Positions 10,657 through 19,341 of a stretch of DNA of 31,539 nt are shown here, piece after piece. How positions within the stretch are numbered: position 1 is the first letter of the stretch; each line of letters begins with the position of its first letter. The notes beneath the pieces are model-generated. The model was not told the DNA's origin. It saw only the letters and a list, made by a program, of their open reading frames with translations, and searched no databases. This DNA comes from Gemmatimonadota bacterium (lineage in GTDB: Bacteria; Latescibacterota; UBA2968; UBA8231): positions 1 to 31,539 of the forward strand of contig JAYOYH010000021.1 of NCBI GenBank assembly GCA_038153405.1, in the 5' to 3' direction. Both the position numbers and the translations under genes were made by a program.

Positions 10657-11184
10657 CTAAATAAAGAGGCTATCCTCCGACGCGTAAAACAATTTTTCCA
10701 CGTCGCCCTCGTCGAGTTCGCCCGCCTGAAATTTGCGGCGCACGTCCGCTAAGGACCAGCGTGGGTCAAAGGGCCAGGGCGTGCGCTGCGTGCGGGTCAG
10801 GCCCACGGCACCGGAAACGGCATCGCGGATGCGCTCCCTGTGCCAGCCGACTATGGGCTGGGGCAAGTCGTCGGGATCGAACAGGCCAATGGCCGATACC
10901 TCCTCGCTTTCGCCGATAAACTGTCCACTGGTCGGGTGGGCGACATACAGAGCATCGGTATCGCCGCCGTTGCACCAGTCGGGCCGCGAGTAGAAACCGA
11001 CTAAGCGGGATAGAGCCACGACTAGACCGGTTTCCTCGCGCGCTTCGCGCATGGCGGCTTGGGACAGCGATTCGCCGGTATCCACCGCGCCGCCGGGCAG
11101 CGCCCACACGCGGAAGTCCCGGCGCAGGATCAGCAACACGCGCTGATCTACGAAGATGGCTAGTTCGACGCCTAGGCTGGCCAT
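10657..11184 (-). CDS. NUDIX hydrolase
   Basis: Nudix box WALPGGAVDTGESLSQAAMREAREETGL. Confidence 0.92.
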   Translation of the reverse strand: MASLGVELAIFVDQRVLLILRRDFRVWALPGGAVDTGESLSQAAMREAREETGLVVALSRLVGFYSRPDWCNGGDTDALYVAHPTSGQFIGESEEVSAIGLFDPDDLPQPIVGWHRERIRDAVSGAVGLTRTQRTPWPFDPRWSLADVRRKFQAGELDEGDVEKLFYASEDSLFI

Positions 11185-11185
11185 A

Positions 11186-11548
11186 TCAGCAAATGGAGAA
11201 CACGATAACGCGCAGATCTTCGTCGCCGTTATTGACTAATCCGTGTACCCCTCCCGGATAAACGGCGGTGATATCGCCAGCCGATACGGGGTGCTCTACG
11301 CCATCCAAGTGCATCGTGCCGCTGCCGGAGAGAATGTAGTAGTACTCTTCGTCCTCCCGGTGGGCGTGCACGCCAATGGAGACGCCGGGGGCCAGCACGT
11401 CGTCGTGTACAAAGCGGAGGCGGCGCGCTGGCAAATCGCCGGGCGCTAGTACTTCGCGCCAGCGGAGCGTTCCCCGGCCGTCATGACAGTTGGGCAGCGG
11501 CTGTTGGCGCATCGCTTGGCGCTTTTTGAGCAGGGTGGTATCGGTCAT
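11186..11548 (-). CDS. Cupin domain protein
   Basis: GVHAH...EEYYYILSGSG and GD...GGVHGLVN cupin motifs. Confidence 0.9.
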   Translation of the reverse strand: MTDTTLLKKRQAMRQQPLPNCHDGRGTLRWREVLAPGDLPARRLRFVHDDVLAPGVSIGVHAHREDEEYYYILSGSGTMHLDGVEHPVSAGDITAVYPGGVHGLVNNGDEDLRVIVFSIC

Positions 11549-11688
11549 AGGAATCCCAGTGAGCGTGTGGGGTTGGGGCGTCTACTGTTGGCTAATGACA
11601 ACGCCTTTTTCGCGGGCTCGTCGAACGAGCCGTTCGATATCCGCAGCAGGTTATTCGGACATGGCGTGCGGGAAGCCGGCGGGGTGAT

Positions 11689-13107
11689 TTATTGGTCGCC
11701 CCGCGCTTGCCACTGCGGGTTGGGTTGGGGTATCTTGGCCTCGACGCGCTGGCGCCAGGCCACCAGAAGCGCGTGCAGGCGGTCGCGCGTTTCCGGTTCG
11801 CTTTCAGACAGGTCGTCGTCTTCGCCTATATCGTCGCGCAGATTGTAGAGTTCCAAGCGGCTGTCTTCAAAAAATTCGATGAGCTTATAGTCGCCGCAGC
11901 GCACGGATGAGCCCGGCGTGCCGCCCTGGTTCCCGTAGTGCGGATAGTGCCAAAAAATGGCTTCGCGCTCAATCGACGGCGCTCCGCGTAGGAGCGGCGC
12001 AATACTCGCCCCGTCGCAGTGCTGCTCCGGTATGGGGTCGAGCCCGGCCAGCTCGAGTAGCGTCGGATAGAAATCGGGGCTGGTAACCGGCACCGAGCAG
12101 GTGCTGCCGGCCTCGATCTGCCCGGGCCAGCGCACTAGCAGCGGTTCGCGCGTGCCGCCCTCATACATCCAACCCTTGCCCTCGGCCAGCGGCGCGTTGC
12201 AGGTGGGCGAGCCTTCCGAGGTCGCCAGACCGCCGTTGTCGGAGGTGAAAAAAATGAGCGTATCGTCGGTCAGGCCGTGCTCGTCGAGATAGGCTAAAAT
12301 GCGGCCGACGCTCTCGTCGAGGCTCTCTATCATGCCGGCGTAGACGGGGTCAGACTGCACGAGGCGGCGCTTGACGCGCTGGTCGCGCTTGTGATCGCAG
12401 GGAAAGAACTCGTCTTCGGAAAAGGTTTGCACGGCATCGAGACCGAGCGCTTTGGCCTTGGCTTCGTATTTGCGGACCTTCTCTTCTTTTGCCTGCAGCG
12501 GCGTATGGACCTGATAGTAGCAGAGGTTGAGGTAAAAGGGCCGTTCGTCGCGCGCGTCGAACAGTTCGATTATCCGGTCGGTCAGATAGTCGGTCAGATA
12601 GGTGCCCTCAGGCACGTCGGCCCCTTCCAGCGGAGGAATGGTCCACGGGCTGAAATAGCCGCCGCGTCCAGGTGAGCCCTGATGGGCACCGCCAACGTTT
12701 TTCTCAAATCCGTGGTCTTCGGGCAGATGGCCTTCACCGCCCATGTGCCATTTACCCACGTGCCAGGTTTGGTAGCCCCCTTCGCCCAGCGCGCGGGCCA
12801 GCGAGTGCTCGGAGATCGGTAGGTTTTTTAAGTAGGGCACGTCGACGACGCGGCCACGCGCTGGATGGATATGGCCGTGCACATCGATCCAGTCGGTAAT
12901 GCCAACGGTGGCCGGGTACTTGCCGGTGAGCATGCTGGCACGGGTCGGCGAGCACACCGGACAGGCGGCGTAGGCATCGGTAAAACGCATGCCTTCGCGC
13001 GCCAGCCGGTCGATGTGGGGCGTTTCGTAAAACGTACTGCCGTAGCAGACCAGGTCCTTCCATCCCATGTCGTCGATGAGGATAAAGAGGATGTTGGGGC
13101 GCTTCAT
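11689..13107 (-). CDS. Sulfatase (S1 family), Cys-type
   Basis: PNILFILIDDMG, CPVCSPTRASMLTGKYP (CxPxR), GKWH, TSDNGG and YEGG motifs. Confidence 0.97.
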   Translation of the reverse strand: MKRPNILFILIDDMGWKDLVCYGSTFYETPHIDRLAREGMRFTDAYAACPVCSPTRASMLTGKYPATVGITDWIDVHGHIHPARGRVVDVPYLKNLPISEHSLARALGEGGYQTWHVGKWHMGGEGHLPEDHGFEKNVGGAHQGSPGRGGYFSPWTIPPLEGADVPEGTYLTDYLTDRIIELFDARDERPFYLNLCYYQVHTPLQAKEEKVRKYEAKAKALGLDAVQTFSEDEFFPCDHKRDQRVKRRLVQSDPVYAGMIESLDESVGRILAYLDEHGLTDDTLIFFTSDNGGLATSEGSPTCNAPLAEGKGWMYEGGTREPLLVRWPGQIEAGSTCSVPVTSPDFYPTLLELAGLDPIPEQHCDGASIAPLLRGAPSIEREAIFWHYPHYGNQGGTPGSSVRCGDYKLIEFFEDSRLELYNLRDDIGEDDDLSESEPETRDRLHALLVAWRQRVEAKIPQPNPQWQARGDQ

Positions 13108-13578
13108 TTAGCCGAGTGCCCGCTCAATCGCTCCAACCAGTTCGGGATCGTCCGGTGCGGTGCGCGGCGAGAAGCGGGCGATGGTCTGGCCTTCCCCGTC
13201 GATGAGAAACTTCTCGAAGTTCCAGCTGATGTCTTCGCCGTCGCCAACGAGAAATTGATACAGCGGATGGCGCCCCTGGCCGTTGACTTCGATTTTGGAA
13301 AAGAGGGGAAACTCGACGCCGTAGCGGTTGCTGCAAAACTGCTGAATTTCCTCTTCGCTGCCCGGTTCCTGTGCGCCGAACTGGTTGCAGGGAAAGCCGA
13401 GCACGGCCAGGCCCCGTTCGGCATATCGGTCGTGCAGGGCCTGCAGGTCCGCGTACTGCGGCGTCAGACCGCACGCGCTGGCGACGTTGACAACGAGCAG
13501 GGTCTTGCCCTTAAACTGGGCGAGCGGAGTGTCCTGTCCGGTAATGGAAGGGGCAGAAAAATCGTGGGCGCTGGTCAT
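13108..13578 (-). CDS. Glutathione peroxidase family (Cys-type)
   Basis: VNVASACGLTPQY, LGFPCNQFGAQEPG and WNFEKFLI. Confidence 0.96.
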   Translation of the reverse strand: MTSAHDFSAPSITGQDTPLAQFKGKTLLVVNVASACGLTPQYADLQALHDRYAERGLAVLGFPCNQFGAQEPGSEEEIQQFCSNRYGVEFPLFSKIEVNGQGRHPLYQFLVGDGEDISWNFEKFLIDGEGQTIARFSPRTAPDDPELVGAIERALG

Positions 13579-13794
13579 GGGGTACGGCTCCTCGTGGCAA
13601 AGTACATGTGGTCTACATGATGCGGTTTTGCATAGGGTAGCGCTCGGCGCCCATACCGTCAAATCGCGTCGGTCGGCGAAAATATGCGTTAAAAGCGATT
13701 CGCCCTTTCCGGTGGACTTTTCGCCGCGTGCCAATATTGGTATTGTTCTCGGCGCGCAGTGCGCGATGCCCCTCATTGCAGCGGAGTAGAAGAC

Positions 13795-14574
13795 ATGAGA
13801 TTGGAAGGTAGAGTGGCCCTAGTGGCCGGCGGTGCCGGTTCGATGGGCAGCGCCGTAGCGCGGCTGTTTGCCCGGGAGGGTGCGGCCGTATGCGTGGCTG
13901 ATCGAGATACGGAACGGGCCGAAGGCGTAGCGCACGAGATTGCGGAAGCGGGCGGGCGCGCCGTAGCCACAGCGCTCGACGTATGCGATGCGGCGCAGTG
14001 GGACGCGGCGGTCGATGCGACGGAGGCGGCGTTTGGCCATCTCGACTTGATGGCCAATCTATCGGGTAGCAACGTGCGCGTCGGTTTTGACGAGCAGACC
14101 GAGGCGATGTGGCGAACCATTATCGACGTCAACCTGACGGCCTGCTTTATTGGCATCAAGGCCGTCGCACCAGCCATGCGGCGAGCAGGTCGGGGCGTAA
14201 TGTTGTTGGTCGGTTCGCTCGCCTCCATTCGCCAGGGTGCTGGCAGCCCGGCCTACGGCGTCAGCAAGGCAGGGCTGGTCGCGCTGACGCGCAGTGCGGC
14301 GGCAGCCTATGCCCAAGACGGTATTCGCTGCGTGCTGGTATCTCCCGGGCACGTCGACACGAACTTTATTCGCGGCGATGCCGAGCACAGTCCCAATAGC
14401 TGGGCGACCAGCATCGACAATCCGGAAAACTACGAGCGCAGAAAGCGCGCCACGCCGCTGGGACGCCTGTGCGAAGCGGAGGACGTCGCCAAGACCTTCC
14501 TATTTGCCGCTTCGGACGAGGCGTCAATGATTACGGGGTCGATGATCACTGTAGACGGCGGCGCTGGCATCTAA
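13795..14574 (+). CDS. Short-chain dehydrogenase/reductase
   Basis: AGGAGSMG, YGVSK (YxxxK) and ITGSMITVDGG. GGAG RBS before ATG 13795. Confidence 0.93.
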   Translation: MRLEGRVALVAGGAGSMGSAVARLFAREGAAVCVADRDTERAEGVAHEIAEAGGRAVATALDVCDAAQWDAAVDATEAAFGHLDLMANLSGSNVRVGFDEQTEAMWRTIIDVNLTACFIGIKAVAPAMRRAGRGVMLLVGSLASIRQGAGSPAYGVSKAGLVALTRSAAAAYAQDGIRCVLVSPGHVDTNFIRGDAEHSPNSWATSIDNPENYERRKRATPLGRLCEAEDVAKTFLFAASDEASMITGSMITVDGGAGI

Positions 14575-14618
14575 CGCGCGTATGTGTGCACAGGTAGACT
14601 ACCTACTGAGGAGAGCGC

Positions 14619-15428
14619 ATGAACCACTTACCTGCTATAGAACTGTATTCCATCGGCACTGAGCTGTTAAATGGCCAGATCCAGGACAGCAATGCGTTTT
14701 GGATGGCGCAGCAGATTGCCGCCTTAGGCGGTTATGTGCGCCGCATTTGCATTCTCGACGACCAGATGGACGAGCTGACTAGCGTGTTTGAAGACGCCTG
14801 CCAGCGCGGGGCGAAAATAATCATTACGACGGGCGGTTTGGGACCGACGCCAGACGATATGACGGTGCAGGCCATCGCAAAGATCAAGGGCGAAAAAGTC
14901 GTAGTAGACGAAGCGCTGGTGGAGCGTTTTATGGCCAATCGCAAGATTGAAAAGCGCGAGGACGTCAGCGAAGGATTGCTGAAGATGGCAACGCGCCCGG
15001 CCAACTCCAAGGTCCATCCTAACCCGGCCGGCGTGGCCCCTTGCGTGGAGACGCAATTGGGCGATTCGGTGATCTACAACCTGCCCGGTCCGCCGCGCGA
15101 AGTGGAAGCGCTGTTTCGCGAGGTGTTGGAGGGGCCTATTGCCGCCTTATACAGCGGCACGCGCGCCTTGCTGCGCGTAGCCGTGAACCTGCCCGAATCG
15201 CAGTGCGGTCCCATTTTGCACAGCGTTATGCAGCAGCATCCCAATACGTATTTGAAGGCTTTTGTCGCCCTGAGCGAGCGCACGGCTAACGGCCAGCGCC
15301 TGCCGGTCGATATTGTTGCCTGGGGCAAAGACGAAGACGAGGCGCAGGCGCTGTTGGATCGAGCGCTACGGGCCTTTACCGAGCAGGCGGCCGAAAAGGG
15401 CAGCAGCGTAGAGCGGGTGGATGGCTGA
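14619..15428 (+). CDS. CinA N-terminal-like (COG1058) molybdopterin-binding-fold protein
   Basis: IGTELLNGQIQDSN, TTGGLGPTPDDMT, NPAGVAP and LPGPPRE. No C-terminal PncC domain. Confidence 0.88.
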   Translation: MNHLPAIELYSIGTELLNGQIQDSNAFWMAQQIAALGGYVRRICILDDQMDELTSVFEDACQRGAKIIITTGGLGPTPDDMTVQAIAKIKGEKVVVDEALVERFMANRKIEKREDVSEGLLKMATRPANSKVHPNPAGVAPCVETQLGDSVIYNLPGPPREVEALFREVLEGPIAALYSGTRALLRVAVNLPESQCGPILHSVMQQHPNTYLKAFVALSERTANGQRLPVDIVAWGKDEDEAQALLDRALRAFTEQAAEKGSSVERVDG

Positions 15429-15486
15429 GCCAGAGGCTCGCGTGCCGGCAGGATGGGCGAGTGGGCGTTTGCTCGGCTCTCCTCTT

Positions 15487-16314
15487 TTACAGGGTGCGCC
15501 GCGCTGCGTCTAAGGCGTCGTAGCAACGCTGTGCAGTTGCCCACGCATCGTACTCGTCGCGCTTCCAAATCTGCGCGGTGACTTCCGGGCAGATATAGCG
15601 ATCCCAGCCGGCAGCGTGCACGGCGCGCACGTACTCGGCGATGTCGAGTTGGCCGTCGCCCGGCAGCAAGTAACGCACACCGCCTTCGTCGTCGATATAC
15701 CCGTCTTTGATGTGGTTGTGTGCCGCGTAGGGCAAGTTGAGCGCAATGCAGTGCGCCAGGTCCATACCCTCGACCCAGAAATGGCTGTAGTCGAAGTTGA
15801 GCTTGAGGTGCGGATGATCCGTTTGCTGCATGAGCCAGACGGCTTTTTCCGGCGTCTCAAAATCGCCGCCAGCGTGCGGTTCGATCGCCAGTATGACATC
15901 GCGCTGGGCCGCCATGTCGGCCACTTCGTTGACCAGCGCTACAATGGCTTCTTTATCGCTGTCCCAGGCCGGCTTGGGGTGGCCGAGGGTCGTGGTGACA
16001 ACGGCCGGTGCATCGCTTATGCGCAGCTGCTGCGCCATATCGAACGTGGCGGCAAACTGGGCCAACATCGCCGCTCGCACCTCCCCTGTTACGCAGGGCG
16101 ATAGCAGCGCCATGAGCGGCGGCGTGGGGAAGTCGAGGTCGCGTAGCAAGGCGGCCAGGCGCGTGCGCTGGTCGTTGGCAAAGTGCATCGGATCGGTGGA
16201 CCAGCCGGGCGTTACGGCAATTTCCATGCCCTCGTAGCCCATGTCGCGCAGGCGCGGCAGTGCGGAAAAGACGTCCTCTTGCTGCATGCCGTAGGTGCTA
16301 TAGTAGAGTTTCAT
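15487..16314 (-). CDS. Sugar phosphate isomerase/epimerase (xylose isomerase-like TIM barrel)
   Basis: GYEGMEI, LAIEPH, NFDYSHF, HNHIKD and ICPE metal-binding motifs. Confidence 0.9.
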   Translation of the reverse strand: MKLYYSTYGMQQEDVFSALPRLRDMGYEGMEIAVTPGWSTDPMHFANDQRTRLAALLRDLDFPTPPLMALLSPCVTGEVRAAMLAQFAATFDMAQQLRISDAPAVVTTTLGHPKPAWDSDKEAIVALVNEVADMAAQRDVILAIEPHAGGDFETPEKAVWLMQQTDHPHLKLNFDYSHFWVEGMDLAHCIALNLPYAAHNHIKDGYIDDEGGVRYLLPGDGQLDIAEYVRAVHAAGWDRYICPEVTAQIWKRDEYDAWATAQRCYDALDAARRTL

Positions 16315-16399
16315 AGGTGCGTCCTATACGGTTTTGGTGCGGCGGGCAAAGATAGGCTGTGCTCGGACGCATGCAAGGTAGCGGCCCGTGCACGCACGG

Positions 16400-16435
16400 C
16401 AGCGCCCCGATCGAGCACAGCCGATCGGGGCGCTG
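16400..16435. repeat. Perfect 14-bp inverted repeat (stem-loop) with an adjacent 6-bp hairpin at 16386-16399
   Basis: CAGCGCCCCGATCG-agcacagc-CGATCGGGGCGCTG and CCGTGC-ac-GCACGG. No U-tract. Confidence 0.85.
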
Positions 16436-16452
16436 TCTGAGCTATGGGCGGT

Positions 16453-17445
16453 CTAGTGCTCGCCCTTCTCTTCGTAGATGGCCTCGCGCAGGCCCTTGAT
16501 ATAGCCGATGGCAAAGAGGCGGCCGATCGACGAGTAGCCGGGATTGTTGTTGTCGTCGCCGGTCATGGTCGGCACGTGGTCGGGGCGCAGAACGCCCTCA
16601 AAGCCAATGTCCTTGTAGGCCTGCATACAGGCGCGCATATCCGTCTTGCCCTCGTCGTGAAAGGTCTCGACGAATTTCTCCGGCGTGCCCCGCACATCGC
16701 GAAAGTGCACAAAGTGGATCTTGTCCTGTTCGCCAAAGTGGCGAATGACGCCCGGAAGGTCATCGGTCATCAGCGTGAAGTTGCCCTGGCAAAGGCAGAC
16801 GCCGTTGGAAGGACTAGGCGCCATATCGATCAGGCGCTGGTAGTTTTCGACGCTGCGCATAATGCGGCCCATGCCGCGAATGGGCGATAGGGGCGGATCG
16901 TCGGGGTGCATGGCCAGCTTGACGCCGGCTTCCTCGGCGACGGGCAGCACCTTGTTGAGAAAGTACTGCAGGTTGTCCCACAGCTGCTCCTCCGTCACTT
17001 CGCCGGCGTAGGTCAGCGGCGCGTTCTTAATCAGCTCGTTGTCAAAGCCGGTCACGACGGCACCGCCCCGCGCTGGGGCCGCTGTCGAGGTGCGCATCCA
17101 GTTGAGCACCGGCATCCACTCGTAGCACCATACCTCAATGCCCAGCTTGCCCATGGCGCGGATCAGGTCACAGGCGTGCTCGATTTCCTCGTCGCGATCG
17201 GATAGCCCGAGCTTGGCCTTGTTCAACGGAGGCCGGCTCTCGATGACGTCGAGCTGAAAGCCGCCGTCGGCGTAGGCGGTCTTCATGCGCATAACAGAGG
17301 TATAGCTCCACGGCAGGTCATCGCGCGGCACGTCGTGGCCGCGGCGTCCGTCAAAGGAGCCGACGACGTAGTTGACGCCACACTGTTTAACCATGTCCCA
17401 CAGCGGTGTGCGATAGGGGGGCATGACTTCGGCGATTTTAATCAC
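16453..17445 (-). CDS. uxuA: Mannonate dehydratase (UxuA) family, paralog 2
   Basis: LAMHPDDPP, LCQGNF, IHFVHFRDV, FVETFHDEG and LRPDHVP. GTG start at 17445 after AAAGGA. Confidence 0.88.
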   Translation of the reverse strand: MIKIAEVMPPYRTPLWDMVKQCGVNYVVGSFDGRRGHDVPRDDLPWSYTSVMRMKTAYADGGFQLDVIESRPPLNKAKLGLSDRDEEIEHACDLIRAMGKLGIEVWCYEWMPVLNWMRTSTAAPARGGAVVTGFDNELIKNAPLTYAGEVTEEQLWDNLQYFLNKVLPVAEEAGVKLAMHPDDPPLSPIRGMGRIMRSVENYQRLIDMAPSPSNGVCLCQGNFTLMTDDLPGVIRHFGEQDKIHFVHFRDVRGTPEKFVETFHDEGKTDMRACMQAYKDIGFEGVLRPDHVPTMTGDDNNNPGYSSIGRLFAIGYIKGLREAIYEEKGEH

Positions 17446-17502
17446 GGTTGAATCCTTTCCGATGGGATGCGGTCGGCGCAGCATGCGCCGGCTCGTAGTA
17501 GC

Positions 17503-18006
17503 TTACGCGTTTGTCCAGTAGTCGTTGATACCGCCTGTATTCCCGCTCACTGGATCGAGCGGCGGCAGGGCAACTGCGGCGATGTGCGCCAGCTCTTTTT
17601 GGCTGCGCGCGTGGCGGCACAGGTCCCAGTCTTCGCCCTGCGGATAGGCGCCGACGACGAGCAGGTCCGCGCTGGCGCCCATGTTCTGATGGCCGACGCC
17701 GGCCGGCAGCAATACGGCGTCTCCCGCGCTGACCTCGAGCACGACGCCCGCATCGCCGCCCAAGCGCACCCGCGCCGAGCCGCAGGCGATGCCGAGCACT
17801 TCGTGCGCGGTACTGTGATAGTGGGGAAACGAATAGATGCCGTTGCGCCAGGAATGGCCCCAACCGTTTTGGGCAAAGAGCTGCTCAAACGCGTTAGCCC
17901 GGTCGGCTATCGCATCGTCTATCGCAGCTGGGTAGACGAGCATAGGCAGGGCATTGTTGGGAATGGTGCCATCGTCTTTAAGGTAGTAGGGTTGTGCGTT
18001 GGCCAT
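17503..18006 (-). CDS. Cupin protein (YjlB-like)
   Basis: IPNN.LP, WRNGIYSFPHYHSTAHEVLG, GD..LLPAGVGH, VVGAYP and DPV.G. Confidence 0.88.
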   Translation of the reverse strand: MANAQPYYLKDDGTIPNNALPMLVYPAAIDDAIADRANAFEQLFAQNGWGHSWRNGIYSFPHYHSTAHEVLGIACGSARVRLGGDAGVVLEVSAGDAVLLPAGVGHQNMGASADLLVVGAYPQGEDWDLCRHARSQKELAHIAAVALPPLDPVSGNTGGINDYWTNA

Positions 18007-18089
18007 GCGTTTGCGCCCGGGTCGGTTTGCGAGGGCCAAATGTAGGCAAGGGGATGCATGCGAGCAATATGTGAGGAGACCGGGTATCG

Positions 18090-18875
18090 CTAGTGGGGTT
18101 CGCCGGGCGGTAAGAGCGGCGGTAGCGGCTGCACAATGCGGCGGCGCGCCGGCGTTAGGCGCGCCAGAAGCTCGGTCGAGGGCTGGTAGCCATAGCGATC
18201 GTTGCCCCAGTGCGGGCCGTAGCGGATGATGAGCACGCGCCGCTGTCCCGCGTTGGTGCGGCGCGCCGAACCGTGTGCCAGACAGTCGACGAAAAGGGCC
18301 GCATCGCCCGCTTTGAGCAGCACTTCAACGGCTGCTTCCACTTCGTCGAGTGACTCGACCGGTTGGCGAAAGGCCGGATGCAGTAAGTTGGACTTGTGGC
18401 TTCCCGGCACGATCATGGTTGGTCCATCCCCTGGGCCCACGTCGTCGAGGGCGAGCAGAATATTGATCTGCCCACAGCGGAACTGGCCGTCGTGGTAGCG
18501 AAACTGCGTGCGAATGCGCCGCTTGTGGGCGCCGGAGTGCATGCGCGTGGCGACGCCTTGGCCGCGCACATCGGCAAAGGACTCGTCGATGAAGAGGCCA
18601 TCGTCCCCGCCGACGTAGCGCTCCATATGGTCCAACCAGGCCGGATGGTCGATAAGGCGCTCAAAGGGCTCGCCCATTTCAAAGAGATTGTGCAGGTGCA
18701 CGGCGTTGGCCGGTTTGGCCGGGCGGTGCACGCGTCGTCGCCACGCGTCGAGTTGCATATCCAGGTAGGTGTCGAGCAGGGCGTTGAGTTCGTTCAGATG
18801 GGCGCCATCTACGGCATTTCTAAGCAACACATACCCCTGCAGGTCAAATAAGTAGTCTTCCATTTCGCTAGGCAT
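18090..18875 (-). CDS. PhyH-family Fe(II)/2-oxoglutarate enzyme with an HxG motif
   Basis: YLFDLQGY, LIDHP, DGPTMIVPGSHKS, AGDAALF...H201 and RR. Proximal motif is H113-S-G. Confidence 0.88.
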   Translation of the reverse strand: MPSEMEDYLFDLQGYVLLRNAVDGAHLNELNALLDTYLDMQLDAWRRRVHRPAKPANAVHLHNLFEMGEPFERLIDHPAWLDHMERYVGGDDGLFIDESFADVRGQGVATRMHSGAHKRRIRTQFRYHDGQFRCGQINILLALDDVGPGDGPTMIVPGSHKSNLLHPAFRQPVESLDEVEAAVEVLLKAGDAALFVDCLAHGSARRTNAGQRRVLIIRYGPHWGNDRYGYQPSTELLARLTPARRRIVQPLPPLLPPGEPH

Positions 18876-18881
18876 GTCGGT

Positions 18882-18956
18882 CTATTCTCCGCAGGCAGGC
18901 AGGCTGGCTGTATAACCGCACAGGTCAAAGAGGTCGTCTTGTATTTGGCTGGTCAT
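18882..18956 (-). pseudogene. 5' stub of a PhyH paralog (24 aa)
   Basis: MTSQIQDDLFDLCGY aligns with MPSEMEDYLFDLQGY of the adjacent PhyH gene, then stops. Confidence 0.6.
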
Positions 18957-19171
18957 GCTGCGCAGCGCTCCGTGGATGTCGGGTGGGCGATGTATGTGCA
19001 CAATAAAGCCTTGCTACCGTCGCCTCGGATGGTACCCAGCAGCGTGTTATGAACCATCCGTGTTGAGACGTCGTTGTGCACCAGGCGTGAGGTCCATTCG
19101 ATGTGGCCTATTGCGTTACGCGCCATAGAGTTCTACGGGTTGTGAGGCAATAAAATACTTTTCGGCAACGC

Positions 19172-19202
19172 TTGACAAGTACACTGAATTTCGTGTTATT
19201 TT
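19172..19202 (+). promoter_or_regulatory. Candidate sigma70 promoter for the riboswitch-methyltransferase transcript
   Basis: TTGACA (19172-19177) and TG-t-TATTTT (19194-19202). The 19-nt spacer is long, but the predicted start falls near the P1 5' strand. Confidence 0.45.
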
Positions 19203-19207
19203 CCGCG

Positions 19208-19316
19208 TCTTCGTTTGGAAAAGGCAAACCGCGTGAAAGCGTGGGACGCGAAGGAACGGGTCCTCATCTCAAGGGGTTTCCTACCCCTTACCTAAGGATA
19301 GCCGCACTGTCGAAGA
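19208..19316 (+). ncRNA. c-di-GMP-I (GEMM-I)-fold riboswitch aptamer, variant with G20/G47/U92
   Basis: P1 TCTTCG/CGAAGA. GGCAAA-CCGCGT-GAAA-GCGTGG-GACGC forms P2 with a GNRA loop and the conserved internal loop. P3 CGGGTCCT/AGGAT-AG-CCG has the AG bulge. Located in a 5' leader. Confidence 0.85.
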
Positions 19317-19341
19317 GTATTGAACAGTGGCGGCTATTTTT
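19298..19341 (+). terminator. Intrinsic terminator (riboswitch expression platform)
   Basis: ATAGCCGCACTGT pairs with ACAGT-G-GCGGCTAT (13 bp, one bulge) and ends in a T-run. It overlaps the 3' strands of P3 and P1. Confidence 0.8.

Noticed and set aside
11549..11688. Spacer with a GGCTCGT/ACGAGCC hairpin and a protein-like frame (AADIERLVRRAREKGVVISQQ*)
   Set aside because: Too short to assign. No U-tract in the transcribed direction and no recognisable family.
13108..13578. Possible selenocysteine glutathione peroxidase
   Set aside because: The active-site residue is Cys in an uninterrupted frame, with no in-frame TGA.
14619..15428. CinA lacking its PncC domain as a novelty
   Set aside because: Stand-alone COG1058 proteins are a known form.
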